Assembly (NCBI GenBank): GCA_902478645.1
Contig: CABSLV010000007.1
Coordinates: 5,504 to 69,503, forward strand
Direction: 5' to 3'
DNA length: 64,000 nt
Source of the DNA: an uncultured Flavobacteriales bacterium
GTDB lineage: Bacteria; Bacteroidota; Bacteroidia; Flavobacteriales; UBA1820
The translations under genes were made by a program, and so were the position numbers. Below, one piece after another: positions 1 to 8,877 of this stretch. Each line of letters opens with the position of its first letter. Positions within the stretch are counted from its first letter, which is position 1. Under the pieces are notes generated by a model. The model did not search any database and had not been told where the DNA came from. It was given only the letters and a program-made list of their open reading frames with translations.

Positions 1-349
1 GTGTGCGGGGACTTCAGATAAAAATAGCACCCGACGACCTGCTGGCCTATACGGGTGCCACTTTGTCCGATCTGACGGCGGAATAGTTTTTACCGGCCCT
101 CCGTCCGTGCCGTTTTCGTCCGCAAAGCCAGTAAACATCCGGCTGCCGATTTTCTCATCCAGCCCCCTATCTGCAGATGCAAGGGTGAGGCGGAAACTTT
201 TCCAACGGCAATACCGCCCGAGAGTATCCCCTATCTTTCAGGCGATTTCGCAGAAGTACTTCAAGCGTTTCAGGAAATACGTTCTCCCCCGAAAGCATTT
301 TTCCCTGCCATTGCCCATTCCCGGAGGGAAAGACGGGAAACGTTGAAAA

Positions 350-1138
350 TCAGAAAATACCGTGGAGCTTGCGCTCGAAGATCACTTTCTGCAACACCTC
401 GGGGTAGTCGGTCGTGATGAAATCGACACCCAGGTCGAGCATCTGGTTCATCAGCTCCTCGGTATTTACCGTCCACACATTGACGTTGAGGCCCAATTCG
501 TGGCATTCCCGCACCCAAAGGGGATTTTTCTGAAACTGGGAATAGTGAAAATCGACCCCGGTGTAGCCCCGTTCCTTTACCTGCCGGGGCGTCATCTTGT
601 TGCTCAGGTAAGCGACTTGGGATTTGGGAGCTATCCGCACCAGTTCGTCGCAGATGGTGGGCATGAACGAGATATAATACACTTTCTTCTTCAGCCCCAT
701 CCGGTTGACCATCTTGACGATGTCGCGGGTGGCGCGAAGCATCTTCTGGTCGGTGGAATGTTCCTTGATCTCCAGTACGAGCAAGGTGTTCTTGCACTTC
801 TTGAGTTCCTTGAGATACTGCTGGAGGGTAGGAACGGTCTCGCCGTTGGACAGGACGATGTCCTTGATCTGGTCATAATCGGCCTCTTCGATCAGGATCT
901 TGTCCGGGCCTATGTGTGCATCGTGATTGACCACCAAAACCCCGTCGCGGGTCTGCAACACATCGCATTCCGAACCGAAGCATTTGATCTGGTCGGCGCG
1001 CTGCAAGGCGACGATGCTGTTTTGCGCTGCCCCGGGAGCACGCCAGTACCCGCGGTGGGCGATCACTTGAGTTTGCGCCGAAAGCGCGGCCGTAGCCACG
1101 AGAAAGGCCAGAAGAGCCAGGAAGTTTTTACGTTTCAT
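350..1138 (-). CDS. Glycerophosphodiester phosphodiesterase (GDPD family), exported
   Basis: ORF 350..1192 trimmed to the internal ATG that yields signal peptide MKRKNFLALLAFLVATAALSAQ. GDPD-type N-terminal block VIAHRGYW...QNS; length ~260 aa fits the GlpQ/UgpQ family. Confidence 0.85.
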   Translation of the reverse strand: MKRKNFLALLAFLVATAALSAQTQVIAHRGYWRAPGAAQNSIVALQRADQIKCFGSECDVLQTRDGVLVVNHDAHIGPDKILIEEADYDQIKDIVLSNGETVPTLQQYLKELKKCKNTLLVLEIKEHSTDQKMLRATRDIVKMVNRMGLKKKVYYISFMPTICDELVRIAPKSQVAYLSNKMTPRQVKERGYTGVDFHYSQFQKNPLWVRECHELGLNVNVWTVNTEELMNQMLDLGVDFITTDYPEVLQKVIFERKLHGIF

Positions 1139-1211
1139 ATTCCGATGGATTGATTTTCGTTTCTCCGGGCTAAAATTACGAAAAGCCACCACGCAGCGTG
1201 TTTCCCCCGGT

Positions 1212-1808
1212 TTAAATTTCCACCCTGCGGCACGTTATTTTCCCCTGCGGGGTAAAACAAACATCGAGCGGGACATCGTCCGGGGTCGCATCGTCGATGG
1301 GGTCGGAGCAAGGCGGGAAGAAAGACAGCCCCGCCTTGACCGCATCGGGGCGGCAACAACGCAAGAAGCGGTCGTAAAATCCCCGTCCGTATCCCACCCG
1401 GGTTCCCTGCGCATCGTAGGCCAGCAGCGGCACCAGGATCAGGTCGATCGCCTCCGGGAGGACGCGCTCCAAGGCCTCGGGGTGGAGCGGCTCGGGAATA
1501 CCGAAGCGGTTCTCGGCCAAGGGGTCTTCCCGGCGCAGGCGGTAGTGTGCCAACTCCCCGGTCGAAAAGTCCGAGACGGACACCACCGCGGTCTTTCCCC
1601 GGCGGAAGATCTTCTCGAGGATCGGGAAGGTATCGATCTCCCCCTGGCGGCGGATGGGCAGAAACAGGTGCACGGTCGTTGCCGAGCGAAATTCCCGGCT
1701 GCGCACTACCGCTTGGCCTACGGCGGCGGAAAGCTCCGCCGCCTTCCCGGACGGAAGTTCCCTGCGGAGCTGCTTGTACTGCGCGCGAAGTTCTTTCTTG
1801 GTAGCCAT
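1212..1808 (-). CDS. 5-formyltetrahydrofolate cyclo-ligase
   Basis: 198-aa ORF with family block LILVPLLAYDAQGTRVGYGRGFYDRFL (G-x-G-x-G-F-YDR). Confidence 0.85.
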   Translation of the reverse strand: MATKKELRAQYKQLRRELPSGKAAELSAAVGQAVVRSREFRSATTVHLFLPIRRQGEIDTFPILEKIFRRGKTAVVSVSDFSTGELAHYRLRREDPLAENRFGIPEPLHPEALERVLPEAIDLILVPLLAYDAQGTRVGYGRGFYDRFLRCCRPDAVKAGLSFFPPCSDPIDDATPDDVPLDVCFTPQGKITCRRVEI

Positions 1809-2009
1809 GGCCCGTTTTGTGTCTTTTTATGTCGTCGCGTGTGTCTTTTTATGCATTTCCTGTTCGTATCTATCCCCTCCGGGGTGTCTTTTCCGGCCAT
1901 CCATTCCGGTGCTTTCCCCCTCCGATGCGGACAGCGCGGCGCAAAAACAAAGGGAGGCAGGGTGGATTTTGCACAAAAATCGCTAAATTAGCTATCCGAA
2001 TCCATCCCT

Positions 2010-2342
2010 ATGTCAGACATGATCCTTACTACCACACCTTGCATCGAAGGCCGGAAGGTCCAGGACTACCTGGGCATCGTCTCCAGCGAGACCATCATCG
2101 GGGCCAATGTATTCCGCGACTTTTTTGCCAGCATCCGCGATATCGTGGGCGGCCGGTCCGCTTCGTACGAGGAGGTCCTCCGAGAGGCCAAGAACCATGC
2201 TTTGCGGGAACTGGAAGAAAGAGCACGCGCTTTGGGCGCAAACGCCGTGGTCGGCATCGACCTGGACTACGAAACGGTAGGCGAGCGGGGCAGCATGCTG
2301 ATGGTAACCGCTTGCGGTACCGCTGTCCGGGTGGAGGACTAA
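2010..2342 (+). CDS. YbjQ/UPF0145 family protein
   Basis: 110 aa; resembles YbjQ-type proteins along its whole length ([24 protein letters not shown]). Confidence 0.8.
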   Translation: MSDMILTTTPCIEGRKVQDYLGIVSSETIIGANVFRDFFASIRDIVGGRSASYEEVLREAKNHALRELEERARALGANAVVGIDLDYETVGERGSMLMVTACGTAVRVED

Positions 2343-2629
2343 AGCCGGATCACGCTGGGAATGTCCGCCGTCGCTTTGTATTTTTCCAGAATATCGTCCG
2401 CCGACGAAGCCTTCAGGACGATCGTCAGGCTGACGTAGTTCCCTTTGGAGGATGGGGTTTCCGTTACGGTAGTGGCAGAACCCTCGAAGGCTTTTTCGAT
2501 CTGCGCCCGGGCGTCGGTATCGGCGCGGACGATGAACTTGAAGGGATACTCTCCCGGGAAACTCATTCCTTTTTCCAGACTCTGGCGGAATTTCTCGCTG
2601 TACAACTGGTCTTTTACGCTTTCTTCCAT
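2339..2629 (-). CDS. DUF493 (YbeD-like) small protein
   Basis: 96 aa; [11 protein letters not shown] and [12 protein letters not shown] blocks match the YbeD/DUF493 signature. Confidence 0.8.
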   Translation of the reverse strand: MEESVKDQLYSEKFRQSLEKGMSFPGEYPFKFIVRADTDARAQIEKAFEGSATTVTETPSSKGNYVSLTIVLKASSADDILEKYKATADIPSVIRL

Positions 2630-2635
2630 AGCAGT

Positions 2636-3898
2636 TTACTTTTTATCGGTCAATTCTTCCACCAGCGCCTCGACGATCTTCTGGGTGGCACCGGCATTGT
2701 TGCGTACAAAATCGCGGGAAGCCATCGCACTGTGGGAAAATGCTTTGGGGTCGTCCAGGAAACGCCCCACGGCTTCGATAAACTCTTCGGAGTCGCCCAC
2801 TACCGTCAATCCCCCGCAGCCTTTCAGTCCCACGGCTTCGATGTAGTCGGCATAGTTGGGTCCGCACAGCACCGGACGGCCGAACACGGCCGGCTCCAAC
2901 ACGTTGTGGATCCCGGAGCGGGTAAAGCCTCCCCCGATCAGGGTCAGGTCGGCATACGAATAGACCTTGGTGAGGATGCCTACCGTATCGAGCACCAGTA
3001 CCCGGGCTGAAGCCAGGTCGGCTCCTTCGCGTTGGGTATACAGCACCGCACCGGGCAGGGCAGCGCACAAGCGGCGTATCCGCTCGGGATGGATGTCGTG
3101 CGGAGCGATGAGGTACTTGACGCCCGGATCGGAGGCTCGCGCGGTGATGAGTGCTTCCATGAGTTCCTCGTCCTTTTCCCAGGCCGAGCCGGCTACTACC
3201 AGTTTTTTCCCGTCCTTGAAAGCCTCCATGAACGGCAGGGTGTTATCCCGCTTGAGGATGTCCGCCACCCGGTCGAAACGCGTGTCGCCCGCTGCCCGGC
3301 AATTTTTGATCCCGATCGAGCGGAGCAGGGACACGCTCTCTCCGTCTTGGGTGAAGATCCGGGTAAAGAGCGGCAGCAGACGCCGCATGAAACGTCCATA
3401 GGGTTTGAAAAATGCCTGACGGGCATCGAAACGCGCGCTGATCAGGTACAGGGGGATGTGTTCCCGATGGATGCGCTGGAGGAAATTGCCCCAAAACTCG
3501 TACTTGATAAACACGGCTGCGGCCGGACGTACCATCCGTACGAAGTCGCGCGCCGCGCTGGGCGTATCGAAAGGCAGGTAAGTTACAATATCGGCTCCCG
3601 GATAGTCCTTGCGCACGTTGTACCCCGAGGGGGAAAAGAACGTCAGCAGGATCCGCACCTCGGGCATGCGACGGCGCAGGGTCTCCAAGACGGGACGACC
3701 CTGTTCGAACTCTCCCAACGAGGCGGCATGGAACCACACGATGCGGCTGCCCTGAGGCAAGGCGGCCAAACGCTGGCGAAGCGTACGCCGCCAATGGTTG
3801 CGCCCGGCAGCTGCCTGACGGCTCTTGGTGTTGAACACCCCATGCACACGCAGCAAGCCCGGAAGGGTACGCATCGAGAGGTTGTAAAAAATATTCAT
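2636..3898 (-). CDS. waaA: 3-deoxy-D-manno-octulosonic acid (Kdo) transferase
   Basis: 420 aa; WFHAASLGEFEQGRPVLE N-terminal block and GGGFTRSGIHNVLEPA C-terminal block typical of GT30 Kdo transferases. Confidence 0.85.
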   Translation of the reverse strand: MNIFYNLSMRTLPGLLRVHGVFNTKSRQAAAGRNHWRRTLRQRLAALPQGSRIVWFHAASLGEFEQGRPVLETLRRRMPEVRILLTFFSPSGYNVRKDYPGADIVTYLPFDTPSAARDFVRMVRPAAAVFIKYEFWGNFLQRIHREHIPLYLISARFDARQAFFKPYGRFMRRLLPLFTRIFTQDGESVSLLRSIGIKNCRAAGDTRFDRVADILKRDNTLPFMEAFKDGKKLVVAGSAWEKDEELMEALITARASDPGVKYLIAPHDIHPERIRRLCAALPGAVLYTQREGADLASARVLVLDTVGILTKVYSYADLTLIGGGFTRSGIHNVLEPAVFGRPVLCGPNYADYIEAVGLKGCGGLTVVGDSEEFIEAVGRFLDDPKAFSHSAMASRDFVRNNAGATQKIVEALVEELTDKK

Positions 3899-3993
3899 GA
3901 CTGTATCGATCGATTAGATTTTTTCCACATATTCCGTTGTGCTTTCCCTTTCGCTCTGTTCCCGGCAGAAAGGCTCCGCAACACTGCATCCCG

Positions 3994-5973
3994 TTACACC
4001 ACGCGATTGCCCAGTTCCTTGCTCAAACGGGTGCGGATCTCGAGCAAGGTCTTCCACTCTTCCATGAGGGCTTCCCGCTGCGTGTCGGACAAAGGGTTCT
4101 CCTGGGAAAACTCTCCCTGGATCTCCGCCATGCGGGTGCGCAGGTACGCATCCTGATAGCGCAGGACCAGATCCCGCGTATAGGCAGCCGCTACGGCTGA
4201 AAAGTCGCGCACCGGAACCCCCATGCGCTCCCACCCATCCAAACGATATTCCTCGGCCAGCAGCGACGAGACAGCCTCGACCATCGCCTGATCCTCGCTG
4301 CGCAGCAGGGCGGAGACATCGATGGCGCAACCGGCCCCCACCTGCACCCGGATGGCCTCGTAGATGGCATTGAGCGTGGCGTCGCGCAGGGAAAGTCCCT
4401 CGGCCGACAACGAATCGACGATCTCCCGGGCTACGGTGGTCCGTTCGGTCTCCAGGTGCTCGGTGGTCGTCCCGTCGGGATTGTCGTCCAGCACGGGTTC
4501 TTCGACCTCGATCTCCATGTCCCCGTAACGGAGCATCGTGGCTACCATGTCGCGTTCGAGGGCGGAAAAAGGATCGGCCGAGGGGCGGGGTTCTCGGTCC
4601 ACCTCCAGGCGCTCGCGCATCCGGGCTGCCTGGGCGGCCCGGTCGGCCGCAGCGCGGTATTCCTGGCGGTTGTGTTCGTCGATCTGCGCCAGCTCGCGAA
4701 ACAGCGAACTCTCCGAGACGTCCATGATGCGGGAAGCCTCGCGCAGGTACACCTCGCGCTTGATGTAGTCCGATATTTTCGAGATGGACACCACGATGTC
4801 CCGCACCAGACGGGACTTGAGGATGGGATCGCCGGAGGCTTCCTCGAGCAGCATCCGCGCCTTGAAATCGATGAAGTCCGTCCGGTTCTTCTCCAGATAG
4901 TCCTTGAGCTGCTCAGCGGTGTGCTTGCGCGCGAACGAATCGGGATCGTCGTTGTCCGGAAAGGTGAGCACGCGCACGTTCATGTCGGCCGCCAGTAGCA
5001 TGTCGATGCCCCGGAACGAAGCCTTGATGCCGGGGGTGTCCCCGTCGTAGAGCACGGTGATGTTCTGGGTGAGGCGTTTGATCAGGCGGATCTGCCCGTC
5101 GGTGAGCGAGGTGCCGGAGGAGGCCACCACGTTTTCCACCCCGGCCTGGTGCATGGATATGACGTCCGTATAACCTTCCACCAGGTAGCACGAATCCTGC
5201 CGCACGATGGCGTTTTTGGCCTGATAGAGACCATAGAGGATGTCGCTCTTGTGGTAGATGGGGTTCTCGGGCGAATTGAGGTACTTGGCAATGGTCTTTT
5301 CGGTCTGCATCGTCCGCGCGCCGAAACCGGCCACGCGCCCCGAAAACGAGTGGATGGGAAAGACCACGCGCCCGCGGAAACGGTCGGTATAGCGTCCGTC
5401 GTCCCGTCGGATGGACAGCCCGGAGGTTTCGAGGTATTCGGCCTGATACCCGGCCTTGAGCGCCGCTTCGGTGAAGGCGGACCAAGCTTCGGGGGAGTAT
5501 CCGAGGCCGAATTTTTCGATCGTAGCGTCGGAAAATCCCCGCTGGCGGAAATACGTCAGTCCGACATTGCGCCCTTCGGGGGTCTGGTGCAGCTGCTCGC
5601 GAAACCACTGGGCGGCGTATTCGGTAACCACGTACAGGCTCTCGCGTTCGTCGGCTTCCTGTTTGGCCTGGGGAGAGAGCTGGGTTTCCTCGATCTCGAT
5701 CCCGTATTTTTTGGCGATATGACGGATGGCTTCGGGATAAGAGCAATGCTCGATCTCCATGATGAAGGTAACCATGCTGCCTCCCTTGCCCGAGGAGAAG
5801 TCTTTCCAGATACCCTTGGAGGGAGATACGACAAACGAAGGGGTCTTTTCGTCGTTGAACGGAGAAAGGCCTTTGTAGTTGGCCCCGGCACGTTTGAGCA
5901 CGACGAAATCGCCCACCACTTCCTCGATGCGCGCTTCGGAAAACACCCGGTCTATCGTCTGGCGGGAGATCAT
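3994..5973 (-). CDS. dnaG: DNA primase
   Basis: 659 aa. N-terminal primase block GLSPFNDEKTPSFVVSPSKG; TOPRIM block VEGYTDVISMHQAG...LYDGDTPG. The Zn-ligand positions are substituted (see findings). Confidence 0.95.
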   Translation of the reverse strand: MISRQTIDRVFSEARIEEVVGDFVVLKRAGANYKGLSPFNDEKTPSFVVSPSKGIWKDFSSGKGGSMVTFIMEIEHCSYPEAIRHIAKKYGIEIEETQLSPQAKQEADERESLYVVTEYAAQWFREQLHQTPEGRNVGLTYFRQRGFSDATIEKFGLGYSPEAWSAFTEAALKAGYQAEYLETSGLSIRRDDGRYTDRFRGRVVFPIHSFSGRVAGFGARTMQTEKTIAKYLNSPENPIYHKSDILYGLYQAKNAIVRQDSCYLVEGYTDVISMHQAGVENVVASSGTSLTDGQIRLIKRLTQNITVLYDGDTPGIKASFRGIDMLLAADMNVRVLTFPDNDDPDSFARKHTAEQLKDYLEKNRTDFIDFKARMLLEEASGDPILKSRLVRDIVVSISKISDYIKREVYLREASRIMDVSESSLFRELAQIDEHNRQEYRAAADRAAQAARMRERLEVDREPRPSADPFSALERDMVATMLRYGDMEIEVEEPVLDDNPDGTTTEHLETERTTVAREIVDSLSAEGLSLRDATLNAIYEAIRVQVGAGCAIDVSALLRSEDQAMVEAVSSLLAEEYRLDGWERMGVPVRDFSAVAAAYTRDLVLRYQDAYLRTRMAEIQGEFSQENPLSDTQREALMEEWKTLLEIRTRLSKELGNRVV

Positions 5974-7658
5974 CGTGCGAAAGAGATTTGCGGGAGAATC
6001 TTCCCGAGTATTTTTTCAGTAACCAGGTACGTAGGCCGCACCCCTGCCTCGCCCAAAGGCCCGGAAGCCAGGGTGAGGGAAGTGTCCAGGGGATTGTCCG
6101 AAGCGTAATACGCGTAGTTCAACTGCACGTCCCGCGAGATGTTGCCCCGGATGCGCGAATGGGCCTGGATGGCCTTCTGGTAGTGTGCACCTTCCATTTC
6201 CAGCCCGATGGCACGCCAGGAGGAACGGTGGAAAAACTCCAGCACGTCCTTGTTCTGCAACGAAGTCCCCAGCACGGTGATCAGCGGCCCTTCGAACACG
6301 CGCAGGCCGCACCCCTGAAAGTCGTCCTCGGAAAGCGCGTTGTCCAGCGGATAGTTGTCCGCCGTCCCCTCGAAGATATAAGCGGTAGGCACCATGATGT
6401 CGCCCTTGCCGCCTTCCAGAATGCCGGCTTTTCCCATGATGGATACCGAACGTACATCCAGGTATTCCTTTCCGCCCTGCGGCCGGTCGATGGGCTTGAG
6501 CAGTTCGTCCATGATCTCGAACGCCTGCTCGCCGAAAGCGTAGTCCAGCACGAACAGCACGGGGGCCTGGTCCTCGGGCAGTGCTTCAAAATGCTTTGCC
6601 AGCAAGGGGACCACCCGGATGTCGAAGATCTGCACATCGACGCTGGCTCCGGTGGCATCGGCCACATAGGTCATGCCGTGGGATTCCGCATAGCGCGAAA
6701 CGAGTTCGCGCAGCGCATGGTTCTTTTCCCGGGAAAGGGTGAGGTAGAGCCCCTCCGGCACTTTCTTTCCGGACTGCTCCAACGCATCCCGGGCATAGAG
6801 GATGTTCATCACGCTGTGCATGTTGGCACTGATGATGTGCAAGGGGCGTTTTTCCAGCCCGAGTTCCACCAGGCGGTTCTTGACCTGGACGGCCCAGCGT
6901 TCTCCGTGCACATGGTGCCCGATCCGTTCACGAAGCAGGGAGGAGAAGACGATCTCACGATCTTTGCCCTCGGCAGCTTCCTGCAGGGACAGCCGCCCCA
7001 TGTGGTACACCAGGCGGAAGATGCGGTCCGGATCGTCCGGGGTGGCAAACTTGTCGTACACCGCCCGGATCTCCTCGAACGAGCGTCCCAGGAGGATGGA
7101 CAGATACGAGAGATACACCTCGCGGGTGTTCTCGTCCAAAGCGGCTGGCTGGCAGACGAGCTGCTCGATCTTGCGCCACTCGCGGGAGGTGCCTCCTTCG
7201 GGCAGGCGGGCATGGCGCATGATCTTGTCCGCTTCGTTGTACAAAAAAGTAAGATGGGTGAGCGCGTCGTAAATCTCGGACCGGCCGTGCGTCACCTGGA
7301 TGTTCATCTGGTCGGCGTCGATGCGGAAACACAAGTGGCGGCGGCGTGCAGGGACGATGGGCTCGAAGGCGGTCTCGAAGCCTTCCTCGGAAGTGAAGTG
7401 GATGTAGCGGCACTCCTCGATGCCTCGGGGCAAACGATCCACGACGTAGGTCAGTCCGTTGAGTTCCACCTTGTCCGGATCGGCGATCGAGCCGTAGATC
7501 TCGGGGGAGAGTTCCAACAGGCTGCTCCGAAGGGACTCCCCGGAAACGCCTCCCGGTTTGTAAAAGCCCCGGTTGAACAAATGGCGCATGGTGATGTACA
7601 GTCGCTCGATGGCACTGCTGGATTCCTGCGCCCGGGTTCGTTTCTTTTGCGGCAACAT
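5970..7658 (-). CDS. Conserved hypothetical protein with a C-terminal nucleoside-phosphorylase-like region
   Basis: ORF 5970..7925 trimmed to ATG at 7658 (MLPQKKRT...); the upstream part is R/P/W-rich junk. The C-terminal ~200 aa (IMGKAGILEGGKGDIMVPTAY...GLEMEGAHY) resembles the PNP/UDP/AMP-nucleosidase fold. The stop overlaps the dnaG start (ATGA). Confidence 0.6.
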   Translation of the reverse strand: MLPQKKRTRAQESSSAIERLYITMRHLFNRGFYKPGGVSGESLRSSLLELSPEIYGSIADPDKVELNGLTYVVDRLPRGIEECRYIHFTSEEGFETAFEPIVPARRRHLCFRIDADQMNIQVTHGRSEIYDALTHLTFLYNEADKIMRHARLPEGGTSREWRKIEQLVCQPAALDENTREVYLSYLSILLGRSFEEIRAVYDKFATPDDPDRIFRLVYHMGRLSLQEAAEGKDREIVFSSLLRERIGHHVHGERWAVQVKNRLVELGLEKRPLHIISANMHSVMNILYARDALEQSGKKVPEGLYLTLSREKNHALRELVSRYAESHGMTYVADATGASVDVQIFDIRVVPLLAKHFEALPEDQAPVLFVLDYAFGEQAFEIMDELLKPIDRPQGGKEYLDVRSVSIMGKAGILEGGKGDIMVPTAYIFEGTADNYPLDNALSEDDFQGCGLRVFEGPLITVLGTSLQNKDVLEFFHRSSWRAIGLEMEGAHYQKAIQAHSRIRGNISRDVQLNYAYYASDNPLDTSLTLASGPLGEAGVRPTYLVTEKILGKILPQISFAR

Positions 7659-7743
7659 AGGATGGTTTCTTTCGGTAAAGGTACGAATTTTTGCGGCGTG
7701 CCGGACAGCCCGTTGCGGGCGGCGGCCAGGGGGTGGCGGCGGA

Positions 7744-8679
7744 TCAGTCCAGCGCGCGGATCTTCTCCAGGATGGCGCGAGCCATCTTGCGGTTGGATTC
7801 GTGGGTCCACCCGGCGATGTGGGGGGTGAGCACCACCCGGGGCGAATGCACCAGGTAGGAGAACTCCTCGGGCAGCTCCCCTTGAAAGAAGTCCTCGAAC
7901 GAGGATTTTTCGTACTCCAGCACATCGAGCGCCGCTCCCGTTACCCGGCCTTGTTCCATGGCCCGGACCAGATCGCGGGTGACGCAGCAGGCGCCCCGTG
8001 CCGTATTGATGAAATAGATCGGTTTTTTGAACCCTTCGAAAAACGCCCGGTCGGCCATCGCCCGGGTGAGCGGGGTGAGCGGTACATGGAGGCTGACGAT
8101 GTCCGCCCGCTCGAACAGTTCGTCCATCGAAGCGCGGCGGGCATACGCATCGGAATAGTCCCCTTCCTTGATGTCGTACGCGAGGGTCTCCACGCCGAAG
8201 CCCGAAATGCAGCGGGCGAACGATCCGCCCATGTTTCCGTAACCGATGATGCCTACGGTGCGTCCCTGTATTTCGTACCCGCGGTTGCCTTCGCGGATCC
8301 AGCGGCCGCTGCGCACCTGGGCGTCGGCGATGGCGATGCGGCGCATCAGGGTAAGCAGCATCCCGACGGCGTGTTCGCCCACTGCCTGGCGGTTGCCTTC
8401 GGGGGCGGCGATGAGCCGAATGCCTTTCGAGGCGGCGTATTCGGTGTCGATGTTTTCCAGTCCGGCGCCTACCCGGGCGATAAAGCGCAGGGAAGTCCCG
8501 GCGTCGATAAACGCGCGGTCTATCTTGAAACGGCTGCGGATGATGATCCCCTGGTAGCGTCCCAGGGTGGCTTGTACCGCTTCCTTGGGCGAAGTATTGT
8601 CCAGGGTGCAACGATGCCCGTCGGCGGTGAGCTGCTCCCACAGCCAGGGATCGGTCGTGTCAATAAAAAGAATGTCCAT
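7744..8679 (-). CDS. NAD-dependent D-isomer-specific 2-hydroxyacid dehydrogenase (phosphoglycerate dehydrogenase-like)
   Basis: ORF trimmed to MDILFIDT; Rossmann motif GIIGYGNMG; C-terminal LTPHIAGWT catalytic-His block. Confidence 0.85.
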   Translation of the reverse strand: MDILFIDTTDPWLWEQLTADGHRCTLDNTSPKEAVQATLGRYQGIIIRSRFKIDRAFIDAGTSLRFIARVGAGLENIDTEYAASKGIRLIAAPEGNRQAVGEHAVGMLLTLMRRIAIADAQVRSGRWIREGNRGYEIQGRTVGIIGYGNMGGSFARCISGFGVETLAYDIKEGDYSDAYARRASMDELFERADIVSLHVPLTPLTRAMADRAFFEGFKKPIYFINTARGACCVTRDLVRAMEQGRVTGAALDVLEYEKSSFEDFFQGELPEEFSYLVHSPRVVLTPHIAGWTHESNRKMARAILEKIRALD

Positions 8680-8705
8680 GTCTTTTCGTGTTTTTATCTC
8701 TTTAC

Positions 8706-8759
8706 AGCAGGTTTCCGCCCGGGAAAGGATCATCATCCCTTCCCGGGCGGAAACCTGCT
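8706..8759. terminator. 54-nt near-perfect palindrome (20-bp outer stem plus 4-bp inner stem) between the DUF4301 gene and the dehydrogenase gene
   Basis: AGCAGGTTTCCGCCCGGGAA a GGAT catc ATCC c TTCCCGGGCGGAAACCTGCT. A T-run follows only on the + strand (TTTTTCCCGTTCTTTTTT). Confidence 0.4.
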
Positions 8760-8877
8760 TTTTCCCGTTCTTTTTTCAAAACTTTTTCACCGCTCTCCTG
8801 CTCCTTTTCCTCTCTCTTCTCCCCCCCCTTTGGCGCAGGGAAAAACGGCAGGGTTTCACGGGGCAAGGGCAGAGCGA

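Noticed and set aside
3-86. Open frame ending at TAG 84..86 (…IAPDDLLAYTGATLSDLTAE*), possibly the 3' end of a + strand gene entering the window.
   Set aside because: Only 27 codons are visible and there is no recognisable motif, so it cannot be supported as a feature.
2339-2342. Convergent ybjQ (+) and DUF493 (-) genes overlap at their stop codons (TAA/TAG share 3 nt), with no terminator between them.
   Set aside because: It is real in the sequence but is a common compaction feature, with no specific biological inference.
7659-7925. N-terminal extensions offered by the ORF track. Examples are 5970..7925, 31495..33207, 57234..58235, 36539..37270, 20696..22228, 22185..23066, 27445..28557 and 39249..40013.
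   Set aside because: The extensions are R/P/W-rich or overlap the neighbouring gene. Internal ATGs give canonical signal peptides, lipoboxes or family N-termini, and several are preceded by TAnnTTTG boxes.
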